From contig JADKGY010000006.1 of the NCBI GenBank assembly GCA_016722045.1, forward strand, positions 19,960 through 83,959: 64,000 nt of DNA, in the 5' to 3' direction. Origin of the DNA: Candidatus Opimibacter skivensis. GTDB lineage: Bacteria > Bacteroidota > Bacteroidia > Chitinophagales > Saprospiraceae. The position numbers and the translations under genes are program-made. Below, piece after piece: positions 34,856-44,473 of this stretch. Within the stretch, counting starts at the first letter, position 1, and each line of letters opens with the position of its first letter. Below the pieces are notes generated by a model that saw only the letters and a program-made list of their open reading frames with translations, had not been told where the DNA came from and did no database searches.

Positions 34856-35551
34856 ATGGAAACAATGACACTCCAGGCCAAACCAAGAAAAGCTCTTGGA
34901 AAAGTGGCTACAAAAGCTGTAAGAAAGGAAAATCTCATCCCATGCGTACTTTACGGAGGCGATGAAATCCAGCATTTCACATTAGCTCCTCTGGATCTGA
35001 GAACTCTGGTTTATTCTCCCGAATTCAAAACTGTGGAAATCAATCTTGACGGACAGGTGCACAAATGTATCCTCAAACATGTCCAGTATCATCCGGTAGA
35101 TGAGCGAATCCTTCATATCGACTTCCTCAGACTGATTGAAGAGCATCCGATTAAGATTGAAGTTCCTGTCAGTTTTCAGGGCGTAGCTATTGGTCTGAAA
35201 TCAGGTGGCAAGCTCATCAAGAAAATGAGAAGCGTGAAAATCAAAACAACTCCTGAATTCCTGATCGACAAAATCGTTCTCGATACTACGGCCATGGAGT
35301 TAGGACAATCTGCGCGTATCAAAGACCTGATCATCGGAGAAGGAATTGAGATCCTCAACAATGAAGATATTCCGGTAGCTTCTATCGATATTCCAAGAGC
35401 CCTTCGTACTGCTGATGATGCTACGGCTGCAACACCAGTGGCTGCTGCTGCAACGCCTGCCGCTGCCGCTCCAGCTGCGAAAGCCACTGCAGGAGATAAA
35501 AAAGCTCCCGCCGCGAAAGCTGCTGCTCCGGCTGCGAAACCAAAAAAATAA
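34856..35551 (+). CDS. rplY: 50S ribosomal protein L25 / general stress protein Ctc with Ala/Pro/Lys-rich C-terminal tail
   Basis: ..KPRKALGKVATKAVRKENLIPCVLYGG... is the L25 N-domain. The ATG at 34856 is used; the track start 34814 is TTG. The tail is AAATPAAAAPAAKATAGDKKAPAAKAAAPAAKPKK. Confidence 0.8.
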   Translation: METMTLQAKPRKALGKVATKAVRKENLIPCVLYGGDEIQHFTLAPLDLRTLVYSPEFKTVEINLDGQVHKCILKHVQYHPVDERILHIDFLRLIEEHPIKIEVPVSFQGVAIGLKSGGKLIKKMRSVKIKTTPEFLIDKIVLDTTAMELGQSARIKDLIIGEGIEILNNEDIPVASIDIPRALRTADDATAATPVAAAATPAAAAPAAKATAGDKKAPAAKAAAPAAKPKK

Positions 35552-35585
35552 CGTTAACACGTTAGTAATAAAAACATTCAATGAT

Positions 35586-35613
35586 AAAAAGCATCCTTCG
35601 GGATGCTTTTTTA
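35586..35613 (+). terminator. rho-independent terminator after rplY
   Basis: aaaaagcatcc ttcg ggatgctttttt. Confidence 0.7.
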
Positions 35614-35623
35614 ATTTTGATCA

Positions 35624-36397
35624 ATGTCCTCCTCCTTTTTACGCATAGGCCTCGCGCAATTCAACATCCGATGGGAAGATCCTTCAGCTAATTTTAAGCA
35701 TCTTGAAAGCCTGATGCAGTTTGATGAAGGACTGGATTTCCTTTTATTGCCTGAAATGTGGTCTACCGGATTTACCATGAGCCCGGAGACTTCAGCTGAG
35801 CCTTCACCTGGCCCTGCATTAAACTGGATGATTGAAAATGCACGCCGACACAATTTTGTCATTGGCGGGAGTGTGGCTGTTGAAGATAATGGCCAATTCT
35901 TTAACCGCTGGTATGGTGTCTACCCTGATGGTAAAGTTGTCTCTTATGACAAGAAACATCTCTTCTCCTTTGGTAAGGAAGACCTGCATTATACGCCAGG
36001 CCAGACACGTCCGTTGATTGAAATCTCAGGCTGGAAAATCATGCCTATAGTGTGTTACGACCTCCGTTTTCCGGTCTGGTGCAGGAACACTTCAGGTTAT
36101 GACGTTTTGGTTGTGGTTGCCAATTGGCCTACCCCACGGATTCATCATTGGGATGCATTACTCAGGGCCAGGGCTATAGAAAATCAATCCTATGTCGCCG
36201 CCGTCAATCGAATAGGATCTGATGGCAATGGCCTTCAGTATCCTGGCCACAGCAGCATACATGATATGAATGGAAGTACGTTAATGGACTTGAAAGATCA
36301 GGAAGGAATAGGTGTGTACACCCTCGATCAACTGGCATTGACACAATACAGGGATCATTTCAGGTTCTTACAGGACCAGGATAAATTCACCGTTTAG
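35624..36397 (+). CDS. omega-amidase / carbon-nitrogen hydrolase (nitrilase superfamily), YafV-like
   Basis: 257 aa, collinear with E. coli YafV along its length (LPEM(W/F)..GF, CYDLRFPVW, ANWP.PR..HW.ALL.ARAIENQ.YVA..NR.G.DGNG). Confidence 0.8.
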   Translation: MSSSFLRIGLAQFNIRWEDPSANFKHLESLMQFDEGLDFLLLPEMWSTGFTMSPETSAEPSPGPALNWMIENARRHNFVIGGSVAVEDNGQFFNRWYGVYPDGKVVSYDKKHLFSFGKEDLHYTPGQTRPLIEISGWKIMPIVCYDLRFPVWCRNTSGYDVLVVVANWPTPRIHHWDALLRARAIENQSYVAAVNRIGSDGNGLQYPGHSSIHDMNGSTLMDLKDQEGIGVYTLDQLALTQYRDHFRFLQDQDKFTV

Positions 36398-36480
36398 GTT
36401 GGTATGATTGTTGTATTATTATTTTTCTTAATGTATTAATTAATGAATATCATAAGGTTTATATCGTTTTTAGGTTTTTC

Positions 36481-37008
36481 ATGACGCTTGTGGGCTGCTC
36501 ATCCGTGCGGCTGGCTGTGTATGATTACCAGAAGCGGCATGAATATGCTTTAGAAAATAAGGCAGCAATTGCCAATTCGCCTAATGTCAAAGCGAAAACT
36601 GCAAAAGCCTCTTTCACTCAGGAAGCTGACAAGTATATAGGTACCCCGTATAAGTATGGAAGTTGTGATGTGAAGAAAGGATTTGATTGCTCAGGCTTCG
36701 TCTATACCGTAGCAAAAGCGCAGGATCTGGATCTGCCAAGATCTTCAGGTTTGATGGCTGCATCCGGCAAACATATTCCCTGGAAAAAAGCTGAACAGGG
36801 TGATCTGGTTTTCTTCGGTGAAAAAAATAAAATCCACCAGATAGGCCATGTCGGTATCATTGAAAAAAACAAAGGCAATCAATTATGGGTCATCCACTCC
36901 ACAAGTAATCGCGGTGTCATAAAAGAAAATGTACTTGAAAGCCCCTATTGGAAGAAAAGAATCTTATTTGCCATGGAAGTCATCAAGCCTGCAAAAGTAA
37001 AGAGCTGA
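36481..37008 (+). CDS. NlpC/P60 (C40) family cell-wall peptidase
   Basis: GTPYKYGSCDVKKGFDCSGFV ... H.GI. The lipobox-like LVGC sits at residues 3-6, so the true start or processing is uncertain. There is no in-frame ATG upstream. Confidence 0.65.
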   Translation: MTLVGCSSVRLAVYDYQKRHEYALENKAAIANSPNVKAKTAKASFTQEADKYIGTPYKYGSCDVKKGFDCSGFVYTVAKAQDLDLPRSSGLMAASGKHIPWKKAEQGDLVFFGEKNKIHQIGHVGIIEKNKGNQLWVIHSTSNRGVIKENVLESPYWKKRILFAMEVIKPAKVKS

Positions 37009-37014
37009 CCCTTT

Positions 37015-37053
37015 TCGATTTTAGATTTTAGATTTTAGATTTTAGATTTTAGA
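37015..37053. repeat. heptamer tandem array (ttttaga)x5, 7 nt after NlpC/P60 stop
   Basis: cgatttt agatttt agatttt agatttt agatttt agaaaag. Two inverted copies of the same unit lie at 63362-63375. Confidence 0.85.
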
Positions 37054-37114
37054 AAAGAATCGTTCAATATCAATTTCATCGTATTTTATTAGATTCCCCT
37101 GCTCCCTGCTCCTG

Positions 37115-37498
37115 CTACTTAATTTCAAACCACACTTTTTCATCGGGAGTACCTGCATGATAATCAACTAAAATTTCTGTACCGGCCGGAATCAACTCCA
37201 GTGCTTTAAAAACAATATACTGGTTTGGGTAATCGGCCAAAAATTCAGCGTTAGGTTTTGCTGCATGATTGTATAAAGATCCATACCCCAATGCGATGGC
37301 GATACTTTCTTTTTTCCATTCAAAATAATATTCATACAGGACATGACTGCGGACAATCTCTTTCGCTTGTTCGCCGGGAATAATGATTATCGGACAAATC
37401 TCAATGACACTTTCTTTCTGAATTTCTTCAATACAAAACATGCCATACCTGTGTTTTCCACTGGGCGCAAAATATAATCCGGGATGTTGTTGTAGCAT
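37115..37498 (-). CDS. SET-domain protein (putative protein-lysine methyltransferase)
   Basis: 127 aa. GSLYNHAAKPNAEF matches the NH.C.PN SET signature. The size fits minimal bacterial SET proteins. Confidence 0.55.
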   Translation of the reverse strand: MLQQHPGLYFAPSGKHRYGMFCIEEIQKESVIEICPIIIIPGEQAKEIVRSHVLYEYYFEWKKESIAIALGYGSLYNHAAKPNAEFLADYPNQYIVFKALELIPAGTEILVDYHAGTPDEKVWFEIK

Positions 37499-37648
37499 AG
37501 TTCAGAAAGCAATAGGCAATTAGCAAAATAGGCAATACGCAATAAATAAATTAACAATTGTTATTAAGAAAAATCAAATCTTACTAAATCATAACCTTTC
37601 TTAATAAATCCGTGTCCTCATTTTTTTTAACTATTGAATTTCACGTGT

Positions 37649-38536
37649 TCATTTCCTTCGCAATGTATAAACTGCTCCTATAATAAATCCAAACCCTGCA
37701 AATTGATACCATGTGATCACCTCTCCATCAAGGCTTCCCCATACAAGCGCCATACAAGGTATAGCGTAGGCGATAGCCGAACCAAAGATGGCACTAGTCC
37801 GCTGTATTAAATGGTAAAAAAGAATATTTGCAAGAACAGTACATACCAGTGCTAATGTGATCAGGGCAGGCATTGATGTTTTCCACGTATCTGCATTTGC
37901 AATTGTGGTCCCTGCGCCAGTAAGCCAAAGAATGACAATTGAAATACAACCCAATGAAAAGAAACCCACTGTAGTCAATGCAATAGGATGTATATCCTGG
38001 CAATATCGTTTCACAAGATTTGCACTTAACCCGTAACAAACTGTACCGAATACAACAAAGAATACATAAGAACTTATACGCCAATCCTGCTCACCCAATA
38101 CAAGCGTGGTGATACCAATACATCCTAAAATCAAACCCACAATATGGTGACTCCTCAATTTTGTTCCAAAGAAAAATACACCCCATATCAATGCAAAAAC
38201 CGGCGTCAGACTATTGAGCACACCGGTGACTGCACTACCAAGTCTTGTCTCTGCAAGTGCAAATAAAAAAGCAGGGACACCATTCCCTGTAAGGACCACC
38301 AGGGTCACCAATAGAACTTTACCCTTTGGAAACGGAATACGCGAAATCAGAAAAATCGGTATAAACGCGATAGCGCTCAACGCAATCCTCATCGCCCCCA
38401 CCTGGATCGGCGTAAAATGAATAAGCCCTTTCTTGATCAGGATGAACGAACCACCCCAAACGAAGGCAAGGAAAACGAAAGCTGACCAGTTTTGCCATTC
38501 ATGTTTACCCGGTGAAGCTGCAGGAACTTCACTCAT
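37649..38536 (-). CDS. EamA/DMT superfamily transporter
   Basis: 295 aa, about 10 TM helices in two repeated EamA halves. Confidence 0.6.
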   Translation of the reverse strand: MSEVPAASPGKHEWQNWSAFVFLAFVWGGSFILIKKGLIHFTPIQVGAMRIALSAIAFIPIFLISRIPFPKGKVLLVTLVVLTGNGVPAFLFALAETRLGSAVTGVLNSLTPVFALIWGVFFFGTKLRSHHIVGLILGCIGITTLVLGEQDWRISSYVFFVVFGTVCYGLSANLVKRYCQDIHPIALTTVGFFSLGCISIVILWLTGAGTTIANADTWKTSMPALITLALVCTVLANILFYHLIQRTSAIFGSAIAYAIPCMALVWGSLDGEVITWYQFAGFGFIIGAVYTLRRK

Positions 38537-39786
38537 TTAGATCCGGCTATTTGAATAACTTTTTTCCACACACGCCAGACATTTTTATAACAGATCTTTT
38601 CGATGTCATCATCTGTGTACCCTCTTTTCAGCAGCTCTTCAATAAGATTTGGATACATGCTCACATCCTTTAATCCGGTAGGTAAGCTGTCACCTACACC
38701 ATCAAAATCAGAACCTATACCTACATGGTCGATTCCTGCTAAACTTTTTACATGATCTATATGATCTGCGACGCGCTGGACAGTTGAATAAAGAGCCGGA
38801 TGATTTTTTCTGAAATCATCAACGATTGCTTTCGCAGCTGCATCGTCTTCTTTCAGATTTGCTGCTTTAAGAATACGTCCCAATTCTTCACGATCCGCTT
38901 TATTTTTTTTATTTATATCTGCATCAAGAAATGCGGAACCGAAATTAATCTGGATGACTCCACCTTTATCACCCAGCAGCTTAATCATTTCATCACTCAT
39001 ATTTCGCTCGAATCCAGGTGTGAAATACCTGCATGATGAATGCGATGCAATGACTGGTGCAGAAGAAATATCCATCACTTTAAAAAAAGCCTGATCTGAT
39101 ATATGCGATACATCCACCATGATCCCCACTTTATTCATTTCCCTGACGAGTTCAATTCCATATGGGCTCAATCCACCCCATGTATGTGTGGTGTCATACG
39201 AACTGTCGGAGATGTGATTATCCTTTCCATGCGTGAGTGTTACATAGCGTATACCCCTGTCAAAAAAATATTTTACGTCTTCAAGTTTAGCTATTGGCGC
39301 CCCATTTTCCATCCCCATAGGTAGTGATATCAGCCCCTTGACAAAATTGCCTTCAATCATCTCCGGCGAATCTCCTTTTCCGAATTTATCAGGATGTGAG
39401 GTGATCATCCAATTGACCAGGTCGATCAGGGAATCGGCCTTTATTTTTGCAGCAGGCAAATCCGATTGATAATCTGATGGGATATAAATGGACATAAATG
39501 GCGCTGTCATACCCCCTTTTTTTGCCCTGACAAAATCAAAATCGCCTTCTTTTGACATGACCAGCAGGCTTGCATTTTCATTATTCATCATTATATGCTT
39601 TGAACTCAGACGCCAGGGCAGATCGATGTGGCCATCCGTGATGATCATTTTGTAGGCTAATTCCAGAGTTTTCTGATGGTAATCAATACCAGGTGGAGCC
39701 ATAGGTTGTTTAACTGTTGAGCAAGCGAAGGTAGAAAATAGCAATAAGCAAAGGACGTAAGGCAGAATGCCACAATTATATTTCAT
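38533..39786 (-). CDS. membrane dipeptidase, peptidase family M19 (lipoprotein)
   Basis: Lipobox FAC|S. H.DLP ... RYVTLTHG ... IMVDVSH ... APVIASHS ... motifs of renal-dipeptidase-type enzymes. It overlaps the EamA gene by 4 nt. Confidence 0.8.
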   Translation of the reverse strand: MKYNCGILPYVLCLLLFSTFACSTVKQPMAPPGIDYHQKTLELAYKMIITDGHIDLPWRLSSKHIMMNNENASLLVMSKEGDFDFVRAKKGGMTAPFMSIYIPSDYQSDLPAAKIKADSLIDLVNWMITSHPDKFGKGDSPEMIEGNFVKGLISLPMGMENGAPIAKLEDVKYFFDRGIRYVTLTHGKDNHISDSSYDTTHTWGGLSPYGIELVREMNKVGIMVDVSHISDQAFFKVMDISSAPVIASHSSCRYFTPGFERNMSDEMIKLLGDKGGVIQINFGSAFLDADINKKNKADREELGRILKAANLKEDDAAAKAIVDDFRKNHPALYSTVQRVADHIDHVKSLAGIDHVGIGSDFDGVGDSLPTGLKDVSMYPNLIEELLKRGYTDDDIEKICYKNVWRVWKKVIQIAGSK

Positions 39787-40110
39787 GGTGTGAAATTGCG
39801 ATAAAAGAAATGAACAAAAGACAGAATTCTTTGAAAAAATGGAAATGATACGCGCAGAGTGGGTGGAGAGATAGAATCATCAAAAACGATAGCCGTTAAC
39901 AAACGTTTACGAAGCGCTTATATATTGCTTAAAACTAAACATACAAAGTCCCTGCTTTTTGAATTCCAAGAAAATAGAATTAATTAAATAATTATCGATG
40001 GAATGCCCGTGGTTATTGGCTGTTTAATATTAAGCCATCCATCAGTAACCGCTAACATAGCACTTATATTTGCCTTAAATATAAATGTTGTATTCAGTTA
40101 AACTCATACC

Positions 40111-42042
40111 TCACATCACTTCTAGTTTTTTAATCACCATCTTCATATCAATCCCCTTTCCTAATACACCTTTAAAAATATCCCCTCGTTCATTCAACAT
40201 CGGCAAGACATTCTTGATCGTAAAATCTGTCATCTTCAACCCCTTCTTCAATTCATCCCAATGCAATGGCATCGACACCGGTGCACCCGGCTTGGGACGC
40301 ACAGAATAAGGTGCAGCAACCGTAGCCTGAGGACGGTTTTGCAAAAAATCAAGATATATTTTCCCTTTCCGCTTTGGCACCAACCTTTCGATACTTGTGA
40401 CAAGCGGCATCTCTTTTTGAACCATCGTCACGATCAGCCGCGCAAATTCTTTAGACTGATCATATGTATATTTTGCATTCAATGGAATATAGATATGAAT
40501 GCCCGTTGAACCTGAGGTTTTGCAATAGCTATCAATCCCTGCAGATTCCAATATCTCATGAGCTACTTGCGCAACACGTATCACCGTATCAAAATTATTT
40601 TTGTCCGGATCAAGATCCATGATACACCACGTCGGATGATCAGGCTTTTGCATTGTACTGTTCCATGGATTAATTTCAATGCAACCCGTATTGACCATGT
40701 AAAGCAAACTGGCTTCCTCCTGTACAACTAAAAATTCTTTGTCGATGTCTTCCTCCGCGCTTCTGTATGGAAAAGTAGTAGCCCATTCCGGTGCTTTCCC
40801 TTTGACATCCTTCTGATAAAAATTTTTACCTGCATATCCATCAGGATACCTGTTGAGTGACTCTGGCCTGTTTTTTAGATAGGGCAACATCAGAGAGGAT
40901 ACCTTGTAATAATAATTCATCAGATCACCTTTTGTAATTTTTTCTTTTGCCCAGAAAAGCTTATCAACATGTGTAAATTTCAATTCATGGCCGTTCACTT
41001 TTTTTACCTGTGTTGCTTCTGAAGGATTCAAAAGAGTCTTTTTGGAATTATCTGTCGAAGGCATGACTATCTCTTTTAAAATTTTTGATTTAATTGATTT
41101 TTTAACGGACACCGCTTTTTCTTCATGCACATCCTTTGCATTTTTATCATTTCTCATTCCTTCAAACGAAGGATGACGCATGACACCATCGGAAGTCATT
41201 TCGGTATAACTGACTTCACATACAAGTTCAGGCTTTAACCATGTAGCAGAAGCATTCGGAAGATCAGGACGGAAGCGCGAAGGTTTGTTGACATCTATCG
41301 TTCCTTTGAATGGATTAACTCTCCGGATCAGGGGCTTAAATAATTTCATCATTTCCTTTTGAAGCTTATCTGAGAAGCCCGTTCCGATTTTTCCGGTATA
41401 AATTAAATCTCCATTTTTATTAATACCGACAAGAAGAGAACTAAAAGTTTTAATGCTGCCTTCGTTTTGAGTGAATCCGCCGATCACGACCTCATGTCGC
41501 TTGTTCGATTTCATTTTCAACCATCCCTTTGTTCTGGCACCCGGATAGTAAAGACTGTCTTTTTTCTTAGCCATTATTCCTTCAAGCCCCATCTTCCTGA
41601 CGGCCTTCAACAGATCAGAAGCTTTACTTTCAAATGCATCACTCATCCTGATGATCGAATGACCGGATGGTATTAGTTGCATGAGGATATTACGTCGCTC
41701 TGTCAGTGGAACTTTCGTGAGATCATATCCATTCAGCCACATCAGATCAAATACATAGTAAACCAAATCACCATCCGCTTCACTGCGCCAGTTTTGCAAC
41801 GAACCAAAATCAGGTTTCCCCCGATCATCAAGAACGACAATCTCTCCATCGACCACTGCCCGAATACCCCATTCCTCAATAGCTTTTTGAACAGGGTAGA
41901 ATTTTTCACTGAATGATTTATTGTTTCTTGAAAGAAGATTACTTTTTTCAGCATTCACTATTGCTAAAGCCCTGTATCCATCCCATTTAATTTCATAGAC
42001 CCATCCTTCCTCATCGAAAGGTTCAGTCAGTGTGGCCAGCAT
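40111..42042 (-). CDS. ligD: ATP-dependent DNA ligase LigD, ligase domain fused to C-terminal primase-polymerase (LigD-Pol) domain
   Basis: N-terminal EIKWDGYR (motif I K.DG) and LEGIMAKK (motif V). The C-terminal ~300 aa carry the archaeo-eukaryotic primase-type LigD polymerase signatures (IMDLDPD, SGS.G.H.Y.P). Confidence 0.85.
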   Translation of the reverse strand: MLATLTEPFDEEGWVYEIKWDGYRALAIVNAEKSNLLSRNNKSFSEKFYPVQKAIEEWGIRAVVDGEIVVLDDRGKPDFGSLQNWRSEADGDLVYYVFDLMWLNGYDLTKVPLTERRNILMQLIPSGHSIIRMSDAFESKASDLLKAVRKMGLEGIMAKKKDSLYYPGARTKGWLKMKSNKRHEVVIGGFTQNEGSIKTFSSLLVGINKNGDLIYTGKIGTGFSDKLQKEMMKLFKPLIRRVNPFKGTIDVNKPSRFRPDLPNASATWLKPELVCEVSYTEMTSDGVMRHPSFEGMRNDKNAKDVHEEKAVSVKKSIKSKILKEIVMPSTDNSKKTLLNPSEATQVKKVNGHELKFTHVDKLFWAKEKITKGDLMNYYYKVSSLMLPYLKNRPESLNRYPDGYAGKNFYQKDVKGKAPEWATTFPYRSAEEDIDKEFLVVQEEASLLYMVNTGCIEINPWNSTMQKPDHPTWCIMDLDPDKNNFDTVIRVAQVAHEILESAGIDSYCKTSGSTGIHIYIPLNAKYTYDQSKEFARLIVTMVQKEMPLVTSIERLVPKRKGKIYLDFLQNRPQATVAAPYSVRPKPGAPVSMPLHWDELKKGLKMTDFTIKNVLPMLNERGDIFKGVLGKGIDMKMVIKKLEVM

Positions 42043-42101
42043 AGGTTGAAAATTTTTGGGGAGAGGTGCTTTACGCGCACCCTCAGATATGGACGTGAGC
42101 G

Positions 42102-42824
42102 TCAGGCTTTTTTTTTACTGCTTTTTGTTACTGGTTTTTTAGCAACTGTCTTTTTTGTTGCCGATGATTTTGATGCGACAACTTTTTTCACAGTAACTTT
42201 TTTTGAAGAAGTTTTTGTTACAGTAGTATTTCCCGTACTTATTTTTGGAGCCATTGCCTTTTCGATCTGTTCGAGTGTTTTACCGGATACAACGGATTTC
42301 CCCTTTTCAGTGATGTCTGCATCAGAAGCATAATTGTCTTTATGCTTGATCAGTAACCACGAATTTTCGGATTGATGTGTTTTCACCAGGGCCCACTCTC
42401 CTTTCATTTTCTTTCCATGCATGACGACTTTCACAGAACCTTCTTTCAAATGTTTGAGAAGGTATTTCTCCTGTGCTTTCTTGCCTTCTATTTTTTCAAT
42501 AGGCTCATATGTCCCCTGGTCCCAGACGATCACCGTACCGCCACCATATTCACCTTTCGGAATCGATCCCTCGAAATCTTTGTAATCATATGGATGATCT
42601 TCGACCATCATCGCGAGTCGCTTCGTTTTCGGATCTGTAGATGGCCCTTTAGGCACGGCCCAACTTTTCAAAACACCCTCCATCTCTAACCTGAAATCAT
42701 AATGTAATCTTGATGCCGCATGTTTCTGAATGACAAAAATCAGGCTGCCTCCTTTTGACTTTCCACCTCCGGGTTCAGGAGTAGTTTTGAAATCTCTTTT
42801 CTCTTTATACCGGATGAGACTCAT
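42102..42824 (-). CDS. stand-alone LigD 3'-phosphoesterase (PE) domain protein with Lys-rich C-terminal tail
   Basis: N-terminus LIRYKEKRDFKTTPEPGG...FVIQKH.A.RLHYDFRLE is the LigD-PE hallmark. The last ~60 aa are KK.VTVKKVVASK...KKKA. Confidence 0.8.
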   Translation of the reverse strand: MSLIRYKEKRDFKTTPEPGGGKSKGGSLIFVIQKHAASRLHYDFRLEMEGVLKSWAVPKGPSTDPKTKRLAMMVEDHPYDYKDFEGSIPKGEYGGGTVIVWDQGTYEPIEKIEGKKAQEKYLLKHLKEGSVKVVMHGKKMKGEWALVKTHQSENSWLLIKHKDNYASDADITEKGKSVVSGKTLEQIEKAMAPKISTGNTTVTKTSSKKVTVKKVVASKSSATKKTVAKKPVTKSSKKKA

Positions 42825-43600
42825 GATGCACGTTTTTTAGACGTCTTGTTTAAACTCGCTTTCAACTGATCAATCAAATCATCTTTCTTCGTGTATACAA
42901 CTTCTAATTTCTTTTGTGGAATTTTCTTCCCTGTCGCCTTACGTTTGATGATCTTCATCAATTCCTTTTTGTATTCATCTTCATATTGACTTATATCAAA
43001 TGAAGCAGAATATTGTTTGATCAATTCGAGTGCCATGGTCAGTTCCTTTGGGGCAATACGAACATCCGATGGAACCTTTATCTCAGATGGAGATTTCAGT
43101 TCTTCTTCAAATCTTAATTGCTGTAACAGTAAATAATTTTCACGTGGCCTGATCACAGACAAATGCTCCTGTGATCGCATGACGAATCGGCTGAGGCCCA
43201 CTTTTTTTGTTTTCTCAAGGGCTTTCAACAATAATTGATAAGCCTTTTCACCTCCTTTGGCAGGTTCGAGGAAATAAGGATTTTCAAAATAGATGGAATC
43301 GATCTCGTGTTCATCAACAAATGCTTCGATTTCGATGATCTTTGTTTTTTTAGGACTAGCGGCTTCAAAATCTGAATCATCGAGTATCACGTATTCCTCT
43401 TTAAGTAAAAATCCCTTTTTGATTTGTTCCCATGGAATTTCCTTGCCGCTTTTTTCACTGACCCTTTTATAGTGAATCGGACTATGCGTTTTAGCATCAA
43501 GCATATCCAATTCCAGTCTGCTATCCTGCACTGCAGAATAGACTTTGACCGGAATATTGACGAGTCCGAATCCGATTGATCCTGTCCAGATGGCTTTCAT
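42821..43600 (-). CDS. ku: Ku protein (NHEJ DNA end-binding)
   Basis: MKAIWTGSIGFGLVNIPVKVYSA is the canonical bacterial Ku N-terminus. The stop overlaps the PE start (ATGA). Confidence 0.85.
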   Translation of the reverse strand: MKAIWTGSIGFGLVNIPVKVYSAVQDSRLELDMLDAKTHSPIHYKRVSEKSGKEIPWEQIKKGFLLKEEYVILDDSDFEAASPKKTKIIEIEAFVDEHEIDSIYFENPYFLEPAKGGEKAYQLLLKALEKTKKVGLSRFVMRSQEHLSVIRPRENYLLLQQLRFEEELKSPSEIKVPSDVRIAPKELTMALELIKQYSASFDISQYEDEYKKELMKIIKRKATGKKIPQKKLEVVYTKKDDLIDQLKASLNKTSKKRAS

Positions 43601-43692
43601 TTAGAATAAATTTTTAATACTTAGAAAAACATTCGATGCATCAGGAGGGAAGAATACTTTTTAACAGGCCAGCACCGTAAATTGTTGTAATC

Positions 43693-44181
43693 CTATTTAT
43701 CTCTGCTATACAATCCCACTAATTCGCCAAAAGCAACAATATGTTTACTCATCTTTTTTTCCAATTGTTCTTTCCGCGTATCGGCCGGCAAATCAAGTAA
43801 TGTATCCAATGCATAAACTTTAAAAAAGTAACGATGTATTCCGGAAGGAGGACAGGGACCACCATATTGATGATCGTCAGAATTATTCAATCCTTCTTCC
43901 CCTGGTTTTTCATTTTCCCTGATATGGTGTGTGATCGGAATATTCCAAACCACCCAATGCACCCATGTTCCCCTGGGCGCATCAGGATCATCCATGATCA
44001 ACGCCAGACTTTTAGCCTCCATTGGTATATCATCTATGTCCAGTGGCGGATTGATGTCCTGACCATCGCATGTATATTTCGATGGGATAGTTTCATGCTC
44101 CCCAAATGCCGGGCTGCTTATTTTCAACGATTTGAAATGAACAGCTTTTGTTGAGAAGTCGGGAATTATTGAATCATGCAT
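43693..44181 (-). CDS. YbhB/YbcL family PEBP (Raf-kinase-inhibitor-like) protein
   Basis: DPDAP...W.HW...NIP ... YGGPCPPSG.HRY.F.VYALD PEBP signature. Confidence 0.8.
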   Translation of the reverse strand: MHDSIIPDFSTKAVHFKSLKISSPAFGEHETIPSKYTCDGQDINPPLDIDDIPMEAKSLALIMDDPDAPRGTWVHWVVWNIPITHHIRENEKPGEEGLNNSDDHQYGGPCPPSGIHRYFFKVYALDTLLDLPADTRKEQLEKKMSKHIVAFGELVGLYSRDK

Positions 44182-44182
44182 A

Positions 44183-44464
44183 TCAATACATTGTCTTGCT
44201 TTCTCCGGGAAATGGAAATTCTTCCGGTGGTGCGATAAAAGGATTTTCGTCAGGATTTATTTGGGGTTGTTCATCTGGATTTATATCGGGTTGCTCATTA
44301 GGATTAAATGGTTCACCAGGATCGACTTGTGGTATAACCTCCGGTGGGTCTTTTGGTCCATGCTTAAAAGTCTGATTTATTTTGTTTTTCTTATCCATAC
44401 GTTTAAGGAATTTGTTTAATGGCCATATAATTAATGTCATTAGTGTTGTTGCGTATAAACGCAA
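44183..44464 (-). CDS. hypothetical small acidic Pro-rich protein with NPDEQP.INPDE repeats
   Basis: ORF abuts the PEBP start by 1 nt. It has low complexity and the internal Met MDKKNK is the likelier start. Weak support. Confidence 0.3.
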   Translation of the reverse strand: MRLYATTLMTLIIWPLNKFLKRMDKKNKINQTFKHGPKDPPEVIPQVDPGEPFNPNEQPDINPDEQPQINPDENPFIAPPEEFPFPGESKTMY

Positions 44465-44473
44465 AAAAATAAG

